DNA of 64,000 nt from Trueperaceae bacterium (GTDB lineage: Bacteria; Deinococcota; Deinococci; Deinococcales; Trueperaceae), in NCBI GenBank assembly GCA_034521815.1, contig JAXHLW010000013.1, forward strand, positions 448,001 to 512,000, given 5' to 3'. Made by a program: the position numbers and the translations under genes. Each line of letters opens with the position of its first letter. Position 1 is the first letter of the stretch. This document shows, in pieces, positions 62,206 through 64,000 of the stretch. Under the pieces are notes generated by a model. It was given only the letters and a program-made list of their open reading frames with translations, made no database searches and was not told where the DNA came from.

Positions 62206-63329
62206 GCCGCATCGTGCCGGGCGACGCCGCGGGCGTGAGGGACGCCGTGCGCACCCTGCTCGCCGGGGGGCTCGTCGCGTTCCCGACCGAGACCGTGTAC
62301 GGGCTGGGCGCCCGGGCGCGCGACGTGAACGCCGTTCGGTCGGTATTTCGCGCCAAGGGGCGCCCCGCGGATCATCCCCTGATCGTGCACCTCCCCACCG
62401 ACGCGTCGCTGGACGACTGGGCCGCCGACGTGCCCCAGGCGGCGCGCACGCTGGCTGCGCGCTTCTGGCCGGGACCGCTCACGCTGGTGCTTCGTCGCGC
62501 GCCAGGCGTGGCGAACGAGATCACCGGCGGGCAGGACACCGTCGCGCTACGCACGCCGTCCCATCCGGTCGCGGTCGCCCTGCTCCGTGCCCTCGGCGAG
62601 CCCGTCGTCGCGCCGTCGGCGAACCGGTTCGGCCGGATCAGCCCGACCCGCGCAGAGCACGTCGCCAGCGAGTTCTCCGACCTCGACCTCACCGTCCTCG
62701 ATGGCGGGCCGTGCGACGTCGGTCTCGAATCGACGATCGTGGACCTGTCGGGAGCAGCGCCGGCGCTGCTTCGCCCCGGCGCGGTGTCCGGAGCCGAGCT
62801 CGAGCGGGCGCTGGGCGCTCGCCTGGTGCTGCCCGGCGAGCTCGGACCCGCCGTGCCCCGGGTACCGGGCCGGCTGGAACGCCACTACGCCCCCGCCGCA
62901 CCGACGCGCCTGATCGACGCCGCCGAGCTGCGCACGCCGTTTCCGCGGCTGGAGGGCGCGGCGCTGCTGCTCTGCCGCGCTCCGCTGCCGGACGGAGGCT
63001 TCGCGGCGATCCGTCGGCTTCAGGCCGAGCCCGTCGCCTACGGACGGGAGCTCTACGCGGCGCTCAGGGCGCTGGACGCGGCGTCCCCAAGCGAGGTGAT
63101 CATCGAGCGGCCTCCTGCCGGGGAGATGTGGACGGCCGTCCACGACCGGCTTGCACGCGCGACCGGTTCGCGACCCGGTCAGGATAGCGGCGGCCTGCAC
63201 GCTGGCGACCCCGCCCACGATGTCGTCCGCGACGAGCCCGCGAGCGACGAGCCTGCGGACGACGAGCCCGCCGGGAGCGAGCGAGCCCGTGACCACGGCG
63301 ATCCGCGCCACGACGAGGAGCGACGATGA
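62202..63329 (+). CDS. sua5: L-threonylcarbamoyladenylate synthase (Sua5 type)
   Basis: [46 protein letters not shown]. Confidence 0.94.
   Translation: MSRIVPGDAAGVRDAVRTLLAGGLVAFPTETVYGLGARARDVNAVRSVFRAKGRPADHPLIVHLPTDASLDDWAADVPQAARTLAARFWPGPLTLVLRRAPGVANEITGGQDTVALRTPSHPVAVALLRALGEPVVAPSANRFGRISPTRAEHVASEFSDLDLTVLDGGPCDVGLESTIVDLSGAAPALLRPGAVSGAELERALGARLVLPGELGPAVPRVPGRLERHYAPAAPTRLIDAAELRTPFPRLEGAALLLCRAPLPDGGFAAIRRLQAEPVAYGRELYAALRALDAASPSEVIIERPPAGEMWTAVHDRLARATGSRPGQDSGGLHAGDPAHDVVRDEPASDEPADDEPAGSERARDHGDPRHDEERR
63231..63275 (+). repeat. in-frame 15-nt repeat ([15 protein letters not shown]) in the Sua5 tail
   Basis: GACGAGCCYGC... units at 63231, 63246 and 63261. Confidence 0.8.
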
Positions 63330-63940
63330 GCGACGACCCGACACGATCCGATCCGAAAGACGCCGACGCGCGAGCGTCGACCGCACGCCATGACGCCGCC
63401 GGATCCGAGGCGAGGTCCGAGGCGGATCGACCCGACCCACGTGCACCCCTGGTCGCCGTGCTCATGGGCAGCGCCAGCGACTGGGACACGATGCGCGAGG
63501 CCGACGAGGTGCTCGGCGAGTTCGACGTACCGCACGTCTGCCGTGTCGTCTCCGCCCACCGCACGCCCGACCGGCTGCGCGACGTCGCCACCGCGGCGGC
63601 GGAGCAGGGGACGGAGGTGATCATCGCCGGCGCCGGTGGCGCCGCCCACCTGCCCGGCATGCTGGCCGCCTGGACGCACCTTCCGGTGTTGGGCGTGCCC
63701 GTGCGCAGCCGCGCGCTCGCGGGGACGGACTCGCTGCTGTCGATCGTGCAGATGCCGCGCGGCGTGCCGGTCGGCACGCTCGCCATCGGCGGCGCCGGCG
63801 CTGCGAACGCGGCGCTGTTGGCGGTCCGCATCCTGGCGCTCGGCCGGCCGGAGCTGGCCGAGCGCCTGAAGAGCTACGCGAGTGCGCAAGCGCAGGCGTC
63901 CGAGGCGTCGGAGCTGCCCACGACGAGCTACCGGCCGTGA
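63326..63940 (+). CDS. purE: N5-carboxyaminoimidazole ribonucleotide mutase
   Basis: [34 protein letters not shown]. Confidence 0.96.
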   Translation: MSDDPTRSDPKDADARASTARHDAAGSEARSEADRPDPRAPLVAVLMGSASDWDTMREADEVLGEFDVPHVCRVVSAHRTPDRLRDVATAAAEQGTEVIIAGAGGAAHLPGMLAAWTHLPVLGVPVRSRALAGTDSLLSIVQMPRGVPVGTLAIGGAGAANAALLAVRILALGRPELAERLKSYASAQAQASEASELPTTSYRP

Positions 63941-64000
63941 AGGCAGCGGCCGTGCGCGGGGTCGACGCGCCGATCGTGCCGGGCGGCACCCTGGGCGTGC
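63937..64000 (+). CDS. purK: probable N5-CAIR synthase, N-terminal fragment
   Basis: GTGA overlap with purE; reads ...[10 protein letters not shown], as expected just before GGGQLG. Confidence 0.6.
   Translation, partial: MKAAAVRGVDAPIVPGGTLGV

Overview
This is core-chromosome DNA from a very GC-rich bacterium, most likely Deinococcota (Trueperaceae-like). The assignment is inferred from a Thermus PilF-type PilB, the yqeG-pilB-pilT order, an E3-binding-domain protein and pervasive leaderless TANNNT-N6-8-start promoters. About 65 genes are present: ackA/ROK kinase, amino-acid and phosphonate-type ABC transporters, a GNAT plus racemase pair, ubiX-ispD-ispE, leuCDB-aminotransferase-ilvD, pilBT, trpBA, gluQ, xpt, sucCD, lgt, a short glmU, a sucrose-phosphate synthase/GH32 pair, carA, dtd, udg, recN, nrnA, tRNA-Ile(GAT), ispH, dusA, aroH, sua5 and purEK. 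I saw no prophage, IS element or CRISPR array. The most notable observations are: (1) an ArsR-type regulator with four copies of an AT(C/T/A)G-N8-C(G/A)AT palindrome, covering its own start and a strong promoter for an unannotated 57-aa ORF; (2) leaderless leader-peptide attenuators in front of the leu-ilv and trpBA operons; (3) about 19 unrelated 10-15 nt tandem micro-duplications clustered on stop codons, start codons, SD sites and -10 boxes; (4) a GH32 gene with two compensating frameshifts; (5) a GlmU lacking most of its acetyltransferase domain; (6) a HAIR-like (HspR) site; (7) two apparent pseudo-enzymes of pyruvate-node families. All calls come from reading the sequence; no database searches were run.
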